This document shows positions 37,010 through 51,563 of a stretch of DNA of 64,000 nt, one piece after another. Within the stretch, counting starts at the first letter, position 1, and the number at the start of each line of letters is the position of its first letter. The position numbers and the translations under genes were made by a program. The DNA lies in contig OX597826.1 of the NCBI GenBank assembly GCA_951406725.2, positions 4,092,001 through 4,156,000 on the forward strand, read 5' to 3'. Under the pieces are notes generated by a model. It worked only from the letters and a program-made list of their open reading frames with translations, was not told the origin of the DNA and searched no databases. The stretch comes from Octopus vulgaris (taxonomy: Eukaryota).

Positions 37010-38477
37010 GTATGTATGTGCATTTGCCAATTAATATATATATTTTTTTGCTCCGATTTCTCAGATAATTTCCATATTTCTTTCTAAATAAATACACGAC
37101 TTTATCGTGTTTTGATTGACAATCACACGATCAATTTTTAATAATTGTTTTGCTCTACTTCTTATATTTTTTGTATCTCTATTATACAGTTTTCTTTGTT
37201 TTTTTTCTTTCTTTTGTCTCTTTCCTTAACGTAATATTCTATTTTTTCTTCCTTTCTTAATATCTGTGTTTTTTATCATATATATTTTTTTTATTTTCGC
37301 ATGTTATTTTTCATGTTATTGTTCTCGACGCAATAGTTTCTAGGGATTTTTCTCATATTTTGCACAAAATGTATATTGACATTGGAACGTAATGAATCCA
37401 TATGGGTGTGTATGTGTGTGAGAGAGAGAGAAAGAACTAATGATAGAGAGATAGAGAAGGAATGATAGTGAGTGTATGTGTTTGAGAAAGAGAGAAAAAA
37501 TTATTACATTTTTTTGCTTAAATTATCGGAGGGATAAATGCTCTGTGATTAACGAAGACAGTCATTTAAGAACAGATTCTGTAATCTGACGTTTGACTCA
37601 AAATGACATAAAAATTGACATTATATATATACGCATGCACATATATACAATCACACGCACACGAAAGCGCCCACAAGCATGCACGAACGCATTCGCGCGT
37701 ACATATGCACTTCGTACACTGGATTAAATCCAGACATTCTCGTACACATTCGAACAACGAAAAAAAATATTTAACATAAAACATTTTATAAAAATTAAAT
37801 TCCTACAGGAGCATTAATTTACAATCAGGAAATTGAACATAAATTTATTATTCTTTTATTCGTGAATGAACATATATCTTCCTTTTTTTTTTTATATGAT
37901 CTTAGATATATTTTCTTCTACTAACTATGAAAGCGTCAAATCATTGTTTTTTTTAATGTGTGAATTAGTCATTATTAAATTGTTAATAATAACGCTAGAT
38001 TTTACTGTTGACATTAGCGTTACCATGAGTTAGAGATGCCTGGTTCAGATTAATTAATGTAACGCATACATACCAACACGCAAAGAAACACGAGCGTGTA
38101 TAAGTGTGCATGAGTTTATATAGATAATATTTCCAGACACAGAGTCGACAAAATGCGGGGTAAAAAGATCCAGCTGATGTTATAGCGAAAGCGTTCATGG
38201 ATTTTACAGTGAAAAATATATGTAAAATCATCCAGTCTATATTTACTAGGATTCAATTTGTAACATTTATGTCAAAAGCAATGAATTTTGCTTGATTAGA
38301 AGCAATTCAGTCAGCAACACACGTTAACCCTTTGGCCGACATGTTATTAAGAAAATCTGTACATGGCAACCAAAGTAAGATATTTTGCATACATAAAATT
38401 GATAGCCGGAAAAAGCAGACGGGCTTCATAAGTACACACCTTGAATTGTGAACCCCAGTGTGTATGTATGTAGGCAC

Positions 38478-38517
<40 letters not shown>

Positions 38518-38525
38518 ATACATAC

Positions 38526-38690
38526 GACAGGCTTTCACTCACTTTCTGACTACTAAATTCTTCACTCACTAGTCATTAGCCAGCTTAAGGCTTATAGTAA
38601 GAGACACTTGCCTAAGATGCCACGCGGCAGAATTTAACCTGAAACCATATAGTTTAGAAGAAAACTTTTTACCACACAGTCACGTCTACG
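38526..38690 (-). mobile_element. Decayed family-B SINE 5' half
   Basis: atagtaagagacacttgcctaagatgccacgc..ttaccacacagtcacgtctacgc. Confidence 0.65.
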
Positions 38691-38692
38691 CA

Positions 38693-38748
<56 letters not shown>

Positions 38749-38930
38749 GGGGGTTAAAAAGGCAATCGATATTTCGATTGTTGCCTTGTTGTATATAATT
38801 ATATATACTCACTTGCCAATACCGAACATTGAGAATGAGTGCTCAGCACTGCATAGGTGGATAAAATATTCTATATTTGGGCATTAACAAGGTAAACAAT
38901 GAAACTATCGACTGCCCTGTTAAACCCTCC
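38749..38930. repeat. Fold-back / MITE-like element next to (TA)n, about 44-bp imperfect arms
   Basis: gggggttaaaaaggcaatcgatatttcgattgttgccttgtt / aacaaggtaaacaatgaaactatcgactgccctgttaaaccctcc. Confidence 0.7.
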
Positions 38931-39494
38931 TGCCGCATATATATACACACACACGGGGCAGGACGTTGAAAAAGACCTTCAAAAAGACGGATGTTCCTAT
39001 TTTAGGTTCAACGACTATTTATCAAGTAGCATGGGCTTTCAGAAATTCTGGTTTGATGTCTGGCGTACTGGAAGACCACTAATAAGGAGCAACTCTTCAT
39101 GATTTTGTTAAAGCATTTCACTCTGATATAAAACAGATATGCAGTGAATGGAATTGAACATTTTGGGGGTCTTTTTATGGAAGACTTATTGGACCTAAAA
39201 TATAAGGTGGTGCAATCGCCAGCGAAGAGATTTTCCGATGCTTGGTTGAGTAGGAGGGCGTCGTAGTGCGCATGGAAATTGCGCGTGCGAACCCGGGCGA
39301 GGCCGATAATAGTTGTAACACCCTCGTACACAGGCATTGTGGGAATTTTGTAGTCATTTGTCAGTGATGTTCTTCGTTTACGAGTGAAAAGCCATTATCA
39401 TCATCTATGTATGTATGTATGTATTGTGTGTGTGTGTGTATGTATACGAGGTCCTTCCAGAGTTTCATTCTACCAAATTCAATCACAAAGTATT

Positions 39495-39715
39495 CTTATT
39501 TCTTTATTGCTCACAAGGGGCTAAACATAGAGGACAGACAAACGGATTAAGTCGATTACATCGACCCCAGTGCGTAACTGGTACTTATTTAATCAACCCA
39601 GAAAGGATGAAAGGCAAAGTCGACCTCGTCGGAATTTGAACTCAGACGAACGACAGACGAAATACCGCTAAGCATTTCGCCAGGTTTGCTAACGATTCTG
39701 CCCGCTTGGCGCCTT
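39495..39715 (-). mobile_element. Family-A SINE nested in a family-B remnant, with TSD of about 19 bp
   Basis: aattcaatcacaaagtatt (39476-39494) / aattcactcacaaggtatt (39716-39734). Confidence 0.85.
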
Positions 39716-40776
39716 AATTCACTCACAAGGTATTGGTCTGCCCAGAGCAATTGCAGAATGGCGCAAATGACTGTGTTATCAGATTGAAACTAAAACTTCG
39801 ATACATTCTTAACTATACAGCCATATATAAAACTTTTCATTATATAATTATATCTTTCGTCAGTTGAATATATCGTGGTACAATAAAAACTCATATTTCG
39901 AAACTGAGAGATATTCTTTCCTGAAATGAACGCCAGTAAAAGACCATGCATCCTCCTGATTAATAGCACAAAAGTCGTGAGTAAGTAATGATTCGTTACA
40001 GTGAAAATATTTAACACCACAAAGCGATGACCAAAATTTGATACTCCGAATCATGGTTTGAGTATATCTCTTAGTTCAAACCTAAGACACGAGCTATTCA
40101 GTATCTTTTACATTGTATACCAACTAAATGCCGATCGATATACTGGATGCGATAAACTCTACTGCCATCTTGAAAACTGTCCAACTTCGTTAATACCATT
40201 TACGTCACATTGTTCAATCTAGCATTCTGAAGACTATAGGGTCTGTCCACCTTATTAATCATATTTATTAATACTAAAGGTGAAATACCCAAAATTGAGT
40301 AAATGCTCTTTATTTCTTTATTCTTTATTTACTTCTATCTTCAAAACAAAACGTGATATCGTTATCATGATATTTTTTTTCCCGAAGAATGACTCTTGTG
40401 TCTCTGCTTAGTTTACACCATCCGATAAACCTTAGCTCAGCTGGGTGTGAGTTATAAATACAAATTATCTGCTTATATCTATTTCACGCTGCATTATAAT
40501 CATCCAGCGCTAATCACATATTTTACGAGCCATTCTGTTCGATTGAAGACACTTATAACGACCATCAATTTATTTTAGAAACGTTGATATTCTCTCTTAA
40601 GAAAACAGTAGGAAAATAAAAATAACTATTCTATTTATTTCACTATATATTTTCCCTAAATAAAGTAGACGTTTCTGGTAACTTGGGTTGCTTATTTCCT
40701 TCCTCTTATTCATAGGATATTATTATTATTATTATTATTGTTATTATTATTATTATTTTTATTGTTGTTGTTGTTA

Positions 40777-40985
40777 AGGCGGTGAAATGGCAGAATCGTT
40801 AGCACGCCGAGCAAAATGCACAGCGGGATTTCGCCTGCCGCTACGTTCTGAGTTCAAATTCCGCCGCGGTCGATTTTGCCTGTCATCCTTTCGGGAGGTC
40901 GATGAAATAAGTACCAGTTGAACACTGAGGTCGATGTAATCGACTCATCCCGCCTCCTCCAATCTGGCCTTGAAGCAAAAAATTT
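40777..40985 (+). mobile_element. Family-A SINE (alternative tail)
   Basis: ggcggtgaaatggcagaatcgttagc..gagttcaaattcc..agtaccagttgaacactg. Confidence 0.85.
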
Positions 40986-41021
40986 AAATAATAATTATCA
41001 TTATTATTGTTATTTTATTGT

Positions 41022-42120
41022 CTTTGCTCCGCTTCTGACGCTGGAGATGTACAACGGTGTCACTCGTTCACTCCCAGTGAACTAAGGTAGCACACCTTAT
41101 TTTTCTAGCAACATCTGGAGTATTCGAGCGGTTCCAAGCAGTGCTATTTTCTGAAAGTCCTGCAACTATATTACAGCAATTATTTGTTTCATGTACTTAT
41201 CATGATTTTTACTCAGTTCCCAGGACTCCGACAAGTATTGGTTCTGCTACCAACTTTTTCAGCGACCACAACTGCTTAACCTCCCAAGCTAATCTGTCAT
41301 ATCTGTCGACTTTTCTTTCTTCCTTACCGTATACTTCTTTGTAAGCTGGGCATACTATATCTATGATCCTGCAACATCAACTCTATGTCACGAGTCAGGC
41401 ATCTTGTCCACCACCACTGTTATGTTCTAGAACCTGATCTGTATAGATTGGGAAATCGCAGAGTATTTTGCTAGTCTACGATTCCACCACGATCTTTGTT
41501 CTCATACCACATCTTGCCATTCTCTAGCCCCTGGTTTTCGCAGTTTCCAGTGTATCACTTTACCTACCTCATCGTGTCACCAAAAATTATAGTGGTTTGG
41601 GGCAAGTCTAGGGCATTCATTCGTGATATGGGCAATGGTTTCGTCCATTCTGTTACAGATGCAGCACAACGGAGACTCTTGCTCATTCCCAAGGTTGACC
41701 CTTCAATTCGTGGCCAAAGCCTGGCCTTGTCCTGCCAGTATAGTTCTCTCAGTTTCTTTCGGTGTTCGTATCTTCAGCCAATTCCCCCAATGTTTTCCAG
41801 CAACTTCAGTTGTGGCTACACGAAATAGATTGTGTAGTCCCTTTCTGCGGAATGATTCTTCATGTTCTTTTTGTACTTCTATACATTATTAGGAACTTAC
41901 TTGTCTTCCTGTCCAACATCTTTACCTCCTCCTCTGTCCACTTCCGGATTCCACAGCCATACTGAACTACTGCAACTACGCGTGAGTTTGTTGCCTAAAT
42001 TATGTTTCTGGCATTCAGCTTTGAAGACAAAATTTTTCTCACTCACCGCAGGTACATTTTCTTTGTCTTTATTTCATATCGTTCTGTTTAATTCTGCGTC
42101 AGGTAATCCCAGGTATTTAT
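41022..42120 (-). mobile_element. R4/Dong-like RLE non-LTR retrotransposon 3' remnant
   Basis: Minus strand encodes CCHC knuckle CCICNRMDETIAHITNECPRLA, then HDEVGKVIHW, WYEN, IIDIV, PILVGVLGT, QKIALLGTARILQML; 3' end abuts TTA-rich tract. Confidence 0.82.
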
Positions 42121-42126
42121 AACTAG

Positions 42127-42705
42127 ACGGCAGGCTGGCAGGATCGTTAGCACGATGGAGAAAATGCTTAGCGGTATTTCGTCTGCCACTACGTTCTGAG
42201 TTCAAATTCCGCCGAGGTCGACTTTGCTTTTCATCCTTTCGGGGTCGATTAAATAAGTATCAGTTACGCACTGGGATCGATATAATCGACTTAATCTGTT
42301 TGTCAGTCCTTGTTTGTCCTCTCTGTGTTTAGCCCCTTGTGGGTAGTAAATAAATAGGTATTTCGTCTGTCGCTACGTTCTGAGTTCAAATTCTACCGAG
42401 GTCGACTGTGCCTTTCATCTTTTCAGGGTCGATAAATTAAGTACCAGTTATGCACTGGGGTCAATATAATCGATTTAATCACTTTGTCTGTCCTTGTTTG
42501 TCTCCTCTGTGTTTAGCCCCTTGTGGGTAGTAAAGAAATAGGTATTTCGTCTGTCTTGAGGTTCTGAGTTCAAATTCGAACGTGGTGGACTTTACCTTTC
42601 ATTCTTTCGCGGACGATAAATTCAGTACCAGTTGAGCACTGCAGTCGATGTAATCGATTTAATCCTTCCTCCGAAGTTGCCGGCCTTCAGCTAAGATTTG
42701 AAATC
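42127..42705 (+). mobile_element. Family-A SINE tandem trimer, 184-bp period
   Basis: ggtatttcgtctg at 42173, 42357, 42541. Confidence 0.9.
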
Positions 42706-42736
42706 TTCATTATCATCTTCATCATCATTATTACTA

Positions 42737-42932
42737 AGGCAGTGAAGCTGGCATAATCGTTAGCGCGTAAGACGGAAAACCACTTTACGTTTTTAGTTAA
42801 AATACCTCCGAGGTCGACTTTGCCTTTTATCTAATCAGATTTAATAAAATAAGTAGGAGTTGAACAACGGTGTCGACATAATCTACTATTCCCCCTCCGC
42901 TAAATACTGCAGGCCTTGTGCCAAAATTTGAA
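42737..42932 (+). mobile_element. Decayed family-A SINE
   Basis: gctggcataatcgttagc..ccgaggtcgactttgcct..ggccttgtgccaaaatttgaa. Confidence 0.75.
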
Positions 42933-42940
42933 GCCATTAC

Positions 42941-42991
<51 letters not shown>

Positions 42992-44169
42992 CATTATGAA
43001 TGGTCATTGATATACCTATGGGTTGCTCGGAGAGCTATATGCCAAATTTATATTAATATTCTTAGGTTGTCTGTCTTTGTCAGACTTTATTGTAGCAGTG
43101 CTTCGAGAAATCACTATATGTTGTTAAATTCATTCTGCTGCTCTCTGCTTGAATTAATATTCTGATGTATTGTAAATTTGGTCTGCTACCAGATGTCTTA
43201 CGCAAAACCGGAAAGGCCATGTGCCAGTTAAATAATTCTATAGACAGAAAACACACTTGGCTGTCGATGAATTCTATATCTTACGAGCGTGTGTAAGTTA
43301 TTTTCTTTCTATTAATAAGTTTGCAGACAAAAGATATATAATTTACATGATATAATATACATACGTAAGCACGCACACATCCATATATGCATATATATAT
43401 ATATATATATATATATAATGTAGTGGTTGTTTATATATCCAGAGGAGTAGATGTCAATACATGACGAAGAGTAAATATATATTATTAGAAGTTGAGAATT
43501 TTGAGGAGCTACACTCAGTTTAATTATTTCGATTTCCAGACGAGCAATCAAATATATCATTTAGATATATATAAAATATTCTGGAATTATCGTCGAATTA
43601 ATGCTTGTCTGTACTTCGATATAAGATTGATCACCAAAAAGCGTAATAGAAAAAGTGTGTTCAAAGACCCGTAATATTTTCTCCTATTCAGAAACACTTG
43701 CAAATCCATATGCTTTAATTTTTATATCAAAGAGAAGATATAATTCTGAATGAATGGTTAATGTTGATAAGCACATGAATAATTTTTTTAGAATATTTGT
43801 CCATTTTTTACAGAGTGGAAAGTATATTATGGATGAAATGAAATTTGATAGTCAATTGGTAGTTGAAAGTTACACAATAAAAAACCCGAGAGAAGCATTT
43901 TCAAGACTGGCCCAATTAAAATTTTTTGTTCAAATTCGCAATAGAATCCGATGAAATGTTATAGCTCGAAGCGTTCTGGAATGTTCGATACGGTAGCAAG
44001 CAAGCCCTATAATCAACCAATCGATTTAAATTATTACCGTCAAAACAACTTCAAGTAATATCTTTAAAGGTTCTACAGAAACGGTCCTCATCAGTCACAA
44101 ATGTACTTTATTAAATCCATAAAAAAACGGAAATTAGGCTTAAATATTAAATTGATTCGATAATCTCCA

Positions 44170-44530
44170 TATTTATTTGATTGCGGACATGCTGGAGCAT
44201 CACCTTGAAAATTTCTAGTCGAACAAATCGATCCAAGGACTTGTTTTTTGAAACCTAGCACTTATTCGTTCGAGAACTTGTCAGGCTGCTACGATATAGG
44301 GATCCAAACACACCAACACCTGTTGTCAAGCGGTGTTTGGGGGGCAAATACAGACTCAGAGGCGCGCATGCACACACACTCATATACACACACACGCGGG
44401 CACATACACACACACACATATATATGTACACACACACAAGGGGCATCTTTCAGTTTCCGTCTGCCAAATCCACTGAGAAGGCTTTTGGCTGGCTCGAGCA
44501 AGCTTCTTACCACATAGCAACGCCTGCACC
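44170..44530 (-). mobile_element. Family-B SINE, internally deleted
   Basis: catgctggagc..ttgtcaagcg..tttcagtttccgtctgccaaatccact..cttaccaca. Confidence 0.75.
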
Positions 44531-44544
44531 CTATAATAATACTT

Positions 44545-44745
44545 TTTCTACTATAGGTACATGGCGAGAAATTTGTGGGGAGGGAACTAGTCAATTAATC
44601 AATTACATCGACCCCAATAATTAACTGGTACTTATTCTATCGATCCCGAAAAGGTAAAAGGAAAACTAGACCTTGGCGGAATTTGATCTCAGCATTTAAA
44701 GACAGACGAAAGGCTGCCAAGCACTCTCTCCATTTCGCCGTCTTA
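44545..44745 (-). mobile_element. Decayed family-A SINE
   Basis: attacatcgacccc..aactggtacttattctatcgatcccgaaa..ggcggaatttga. Confidence 0.75.
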
Positions 44746-45072
44746 ATTATTTAACGCAGACATGACGACCATCGCTGATGAATTTTTTCTTTTCTTGTTT
44801 TCTTCGATGTTATCCACAAAAGTTTCCCAACGATTTTCTGGACTGTTCAGTGCTCATTAGCTTCTCCGCAACTCATTTCTATACCGCTGAAATACTCCTT
44901 AGAGGAATACGAAGCAGGAATACATAGTGTATAGGCGTATTACTCGAGCATGCCACGTCTTCACGATGTGCTAGCAGCCAGAATACTCATGAAAATATCA
45001 GCAATTCAAATGAATAAAGTAGAAACGAATACAAACATTTCCGGTAGGATATCAATAATTCCTTTGGAGATA

Positions 45073-45485
45073 GGGCAGCGAGCTGGTAGGATCGTTAGCA
45101 CATCGGGTGAAATGCTTAGCGGTATTTCGTCTGCCGCGAGTTCAAATTACGCTGAGGTCGACTTTGCCTTTCATCCTTTCGGGGTCGATTAAATAAGTAC
45201 CACTTACGCACTAGGATCGATGTGATCGACTTAATCCCTTAGTCTGTCCTTGTTTGTCCTGTCTATGTTTAGCCCCTTGTGGGTAGTAAAGAAATAGGTA
45301 TTTCGTCTGCCGCTACGTTCTGAGTTCAAATTCTGCTGAGGTCGATTTTGCCTTTCGTACTTTCGTGGGGTTGATTAAATAAATACCAGTTACGCACTGG
45401 TGTCGATGTAATCGACTTAATCCCTTTGTCTGTCCTTGTTTGCCCACTCTATGTTTAGCTCCCTGTGTGCAATAAAGAAATAAAT
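45073..45485 (+). mobile_element. Family-A SINE dimer
   Basis: Second unit restarts at ggtatttcgtctgccgctacg (45297). Confidence 0.9.
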
Positions 45486-45639
45486 ATTTCCTTTCGAGAT
45501 GTCTTAATATCGTTCTGTAACTTTCATAACACGCCTCAATAGAAAGCTATATTCGATGTACACAAGTTAACAATTAATTCCTTTATCTACTCCCGGAAAG
45601 ATGAACTGCAAACAAAACAATTTAAAAGTTCATAAATAA

Positions 45640-46050
45640 GGTGCAAGCGAGGCTCTGTGGCAAGAAGCTTGCTTCCCCACCACATGGTTCCGGGTTCACT
45701 CCCACTGCGTGGCACCTTGCTCAAGTGTCTTCTCTCATAGCCGCGAACCGACAAAAGCGTTGTGAGTGGATTTGCTATATGGAAACTGAAAGAAGCTCGT
45801 CGTATATGCGTATATCTCTGTGTCTTTGTGCATGTGTTTGCTCTCCCCACACACACAACACTGCTTAACAAGCGGTGCTCGTTTGTTTAGGTCCCCGTAA
45901 CATAGGCGGTTCGGTAAAAGAGACTGATGAAATAAATGCCAGACATTCAAAAATAAAAATAAGTACCGGGGCCGATGCATTCGACAAAACAATTCTTCAA
46001 GGCGGTGCCCCAGCATGGCCGCAGTTTAATGATCGAAACAAGGAAAAGAT
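45640..46050 (+). mobile_element. Family-B SINE, full length, diverged
   Basis: catggttccgggttcactcccactgcgtggcacctt..ggaaactgaaagaagc..ggcggtgccccagcatggccgcag. Confidence 0.85.
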
Positions 46051-46059
46051 AGATAATGA

Positions 46060-46200
46060 TTTCAAATTTTGCCTCGAGAGCAGCAACTTTGGAGAAGGGA
46101 ATGAGTCGATAACGTCGATCCCAGTGTTCAACTGGTACTTATTTTATCGACCTCTAAAGGATGAACGGTAAAGTCGACCTCACAGGAATTTGAACTCAAT
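46060..46200 (-). mobile_element. Family-A SINE fragment
   Basis: cagtgttcaactggtacttattttatcgac..aaagtcgacctc..gaatttgaactc. Confidence 0.8.
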
Positions 46201-47099
46201 ACGTAGTGGCAATCCTGTTGAGATTAAAGAAGTTTTAAAAATATCTATTTTAATATATATCACAATCTCGAATATGATTTAACGGCTGTTAGCATAATTT
46301 GTGGACATGTAAACCTGAGGATAATAGTTAAACTGTCGCCCTTAAATAGTGAACATTAGAGTGAAAATTAAAACATTCATGTTGCTGTTGTTTTATTGTT
46401 GCTGTTAGCTCTGCCTCATAAATATCTGTAACCAAAAGGATTCAAGAAATGAAAATACAATATATTTTATAGGTTACAAATTGTGTATCTCGAATTGTGT
46501 AAGACAATAAACTGAATTTCGATAAAGATTGAGCTAATATTTGCATCAGATTTAGCGAGCACGTTTGTAAAATCAAGGACATTGGATTAAAATGCATTAA
46601 ATTTTTGCCCTTCAAATGGGAAGAATTTGCGACTACGACGACCATAAACTGAGAAATATTAAGATAAAAAAGAGAACCAAATCATTAGGAAAGAACAGCT
46701 GTAATTTCGGAGGAAACAAGAAGCATGACAGCATAAACAAGGAAACCAAACATCGCTGCATGGCTTGCAACTAATCACCCTCGATTCACAGTCTACATTA
46801 CAAAAACCAAAAAAAAGGGCGCATTAAACAACGCAGTTCCTGATATACAAAGATACCTGATTGCCACGGGGCAGTGAAGTTTTATTTGTATATATTTATT
46901 TGTATATATACAGAATTTTTTGGATGACCTTCGATCATATGTCAGCTTGTTCTAGGTTAACAACAATTCGTATACATTTCGTCGGGAACAGAGTCGACAG
47001 TGAACGTGAAAACCGTGAGTGAACACAGAGAATAAACTGACCTAAGACTATAAGCAAAAACGTTAACTTGCAATAGGGATAATATAAAACAGGGGACAT

Positions 47100-47975
47100 A
47101 CTAAGAAATATTCAGAGAGAGACAGACAGACAAAATGAGAGAGAGAGAGAGAGGTGGGAGAGAGAGATTGACATTAGGGATGTAAATGAAACAGGAGAAC
47201 AGAATGGAAGAGAGAAATGAAAAGAATATGTACAAAAAATATTAGGAAGATAGAGAGTAGTCTATTAAAGTGAGAGAGAAAAAATATAGAAAGCGTAACA
47301 ATCAGAGAGAAAGAGAAGGGGAAGCGGGGAGGAAGTTAGAAAATGAAGGAGAGATATAAGTATATCACGCACACAAAGAAAACGTAAGAAGACTTTTGGT
47401 TAAAAGAGTTTTAGGTAAAAATGGGAGATGGAAAAAATCGTCACAATAGGGAAGAAATGTTACATAAAATATGGTGTTGAGAAAGGGATTATGGGTAAAG
47501 ATGCAGAGACGATTGGGTGAAAGAGTGAGTATATGGGAGGGTGGTGGGGGAGTGAAAATGAGTGAGAAGAGGAGGGAAAATGTTGAAAAAATGACAGAGG
47601 AAGAATTAGTTATGATTTAAAAACTGAAAAAGAAGAATATTGAAAAAAGAAATCCAGATAGAGACAGACTGAAAATGAAGGACGAAAATACAGGAATAAA
47701 TAAAAAAGAAAAAGAGGGGTGTGAAAGATTAATGCAAGATATGAGAATAAGAAACAAGAAGAAAGAAGCTAAGAAAAAGGATAAAGTGTAAAGGAAAAGT
47801 GAAAATAGTGTGAGAAAAGAAAGAAATATAAGATATACACAAAAACGTTTTAAAGAAACAGGTAATGATAGAGAAAAGAAAATGTGAAAGGATGGAGAAT
47901 AAAATTAAAATATAGAGAAAGAAAGCATGAAAGAATAAAGGAAAAAAAACGGAGCGTGAAAGATAGAAAGTAAGT
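47100..47975. repeat. Purine-rich (GA) low-complexity tract
   Basis: Strong A/G strand bias over about 900 bp. Confidence 0.8.
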
Positions 47976-48071
47976 GATGTTAGACATTAACAGAGTGTGA
48001 CAAAACGATGTAGTTTTTTTTATTTAATGAGTTATTACTGTTATATATATATGTGTGTGTGTGTATGTATA

Positions 48072-48140
<69 letters not shown>

Positions 48141-48180
48141 GTATATATATATATAGATATATATATGTATATATATATAT

Positions 48181-48265
<85 letters not shown>

Positions 48266-48395
48266 ATTTTTTTTATTATAATTCTTTTAATTGTCAAAAC
48301 GAAAACTATAGTCACCGAACGTCTGAGAAACAAATATAATAAGATAAATTAAAACAGAAACGACAAAACTGGGAATTAACACCAGAAACAAAGAA

Positions 48396-48426
<31 letters not shown>

Positions 48427-49350
48427 GAGAAAGAGAGATAAAAAGAGAAAGAGTGAGAGAGAAATCAAAATGAAACAAAAAAATATGGTTGCTGAACATT
48501 TTCCTTTCATGATTCCGAAAAAAGGAAAAAAAAATTAATTTTTTTTTTAATATTTTAAAATACATTATACTTTTTCAAGAAAATAAATAATACAGATATT
48601 TATTAACTGAGAAACTATAATATCACAATAATTATTGGAAAAATTGTTGTTTTGGCTTGGCTGTTTTTTTTTTTCTGCTTCTTTGCTTATATGCGTGCTT
48701 CTTTATTTGTTTGCTCAAAGGTTTCTTTCTATAATTTTGTTGTATATATTGGCTATTTCTATTTATTTATATATTTATTTATTTATTTATCTATTTATTT
48801 ATTTATTTTCTTGTACAACCATTTCAATTGCAATAACTTTTATTTATCCATCATATAAGTAGTCATCAATAGAATACACATGTTATAGAGTAACAGACAT
48901 GGGGTTTGGGTGGGGATGACGGCGGGGGTGTTGTTATTGTTGGTGGTGGTGGTGGTTGTATAGGTGGTGGTGGTACTACTACTGTTATTGCTAAAATAGT
49001 AAAAAATGTTATTATTATTATTATTATTATTAGTAGTAGTAGTAGTAGTAGTAGTAGTATACCACTGCTGCAGCTACACACTGATAATCACCATGAAAGC
49101 TGTTTGGAAAAAATGTTCCAAAGAATGTATTTAATTTTGGCTATTTTATTTATTTATATATTTATTTATTTATTTGCATTATTACTGCTATGCTTTTTTT
49201 TGTTTTCTCAAAGATACGTGGCTCTTCATTGTTACATACATACATACACACACACACACATTTCTACACACATAAATTGATATAAGTGTATGTATATGCA
49301 CATACATTAAGAGGAAAAGACATTCACACACAGGCACGCATACATACAGT

Positions 49351-49380
<30 letters not shown>

Positions 49381-49387
<7 letters not shown>

Positions 49388-49673
49388 GTTGTTCCTTTTC
49401 GAGTCATGCCTGGTTCATAAGGGCCGGTTTCCCGGTTTCCTTGGCGTATAGGTTCCCCACCTGGACGGGGCGCCGGTCCGTCGCAGGTGAGCTGCAAGAC
49501 GCAGGACGAAAGAGTGAGAGAAAATTGTGGCGAAAGAGTCAGCAGAAGTTCGCCATTACCTTCTGCCGGAGCCGCGTGGAGCTTAGATGTTTCAGTCATA
49601 AGCACGCACATCGCCCGGTCTGAGATTCGAACCCTCGACCGTGATCCCGCTGTTCTAACCACTAGGCCATGTG
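49381..49673 (-). mobile_element. Family-D-related SINE, type-1-like tail
   Basis: Colinear with 29835-30139 (ctggacggg..gtggcgaaagag..ttctgccggagcc..ctaaccactaggccat). Confidence 0.85.
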
Positions 49674-49748
49674 ATTGATGACTATTTATATGATGGATAA
49701 ATAAAAGTTATTGCAATTGAAATGGGCTGTACAAAATAAATATATATA

Positions 49749-49857
<109 letters not shown>

Positions 49858-50549
49858 CTGTCTTATGTGTATGTGTGTATGCGTGTCCTGGACATGACAT
49901 AAAACTACATCCAGTGGTATGGATCCTGTTTGGGAGTTCTGGAGCTCTGGGTAGCATGGAGTAACCCCTTAACTGCCATTTCTGCCAGGTCCGTATCTGT
50001 ATCTGTGGGGAAGTCTGCTCTTCTAGTAGAAATATATAGTAACATAAAACTAGCACTCAAAATAGTACGAGACATCTAGTGATTGTCACTATAACCTAAT
50101 ATGGCGACCGGGAGTGTGCAAAAAAGCGTTGAACCAGCTTTTGGCCTTGTAATCCAATGATGTACCGATGCCTGACTATCATTTCATTTCTTGATCCGTT
50201 TTCTATTTTAATATCCTTAAACATGCAAAAATAAAGTGATTTAGAACAATCTGACCGAATGTGACACGGGTGTCATCTGACAGGATGAAGCAATCGTCAT
50301 GTATTATGTATGCATATATATATATATGTGTGTTTATGTTTGCGTCTGTATGTATGTGCGCATGCGTGATACATGTCGGAATATCTCCGTTGTTCAGCAA
50401 TGAGATATCAGTTGTTTATTCATGCATTATCTGAATTACGATATCATTCAGAATTCCACATACGATGGTACCATGAACATAATTCTCAGGGAGTACCACC
50501 ATGGTACATCCAATAAATTTTTGTATTACATGTATCAGATATCTCACGG

Positions 50550-50925
50550 ACTGGTTGTGTGGCATCTTAGGCAGATCTGTTTTACTATTACCCCAAGCTC
50601 ACAAAAGACGTGTGTGTAGATTTGGTAGGCTGAAACTGGAAGAAGCCCGTCGTTTATATAAATATATTTATGTGTGTGTGTGTTGTGTGTGTGTGTATGT
50701 GTGTGTGTGTTTGTTTGTCTTTGTGATATTTGCCCAAACCATCGGTTGATGAAAGGTGTTGGTGTGTCTTCGTTCTTGTAACCTGGCGGTTCAGCGGGAG
50801 ACACCGATAGCAAATGTACCATGCTTAGAACTAATGTCACTACTGGTTCGATTACTTCTACTAATATTCCTTAAGACAACGTTTCCACATGGCCACATTG
50901 TAATGAGCGCAAAAAGTAAAGATTA
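50550..50925 (+). mobile_element. Decayed family-B SINE
   Basis: gatttggtaggctgaaactggaagaagcccgtcg..ggtgttggtgtgt..gtaacctggcggttc..catggccaca. Confidence 0.65.
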
Positions 50926-51197
50926 AAGACGAATATATAATTCACACGATGCCGTAGAAACTGAAAATTGATCAAGATATCTTGCACAGGGATCGAACCC
51001 ACGACCTCTTGTGCTTCACACAAGCTTGTTTGCTATTCGCTGGTATTGCACGTGCACCCACAGACAAATGAGCGCGTATTGTAAGTACTTAGCAACATTT
51101 TAATGTCTGGAAATAGTGAAAATATAATAGAATAATATATTTTTGCTTAAACTTGCGTGTGCGCGCATGTGTGTGTGTGTGCGCGTGCCTATGTGTA

Positions 51198-51236
<39 letters not shown>

Positions 51237-51428
51237 TATATATAATGTATATATATGTATATGTATATATATATACATATATATATGTATATATACTGTA
51301 TATGTGCGTATATATATATATATGCATGCATATGTATACACTGTATATATGTGTGTGTGTGTATATATATAGACATATATTATATTGTATATGCGTGTAT
51401 ATATATGTGTGCTTGTATGTGTATGTAC

Positions 51429-51563
<135 letters not shown>

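Noticed and set aside
39000-39400. Possible Gypsy integrase GPY/F remnant
   Set aside because: Only a few residues resemble the motif; not supportable without a search
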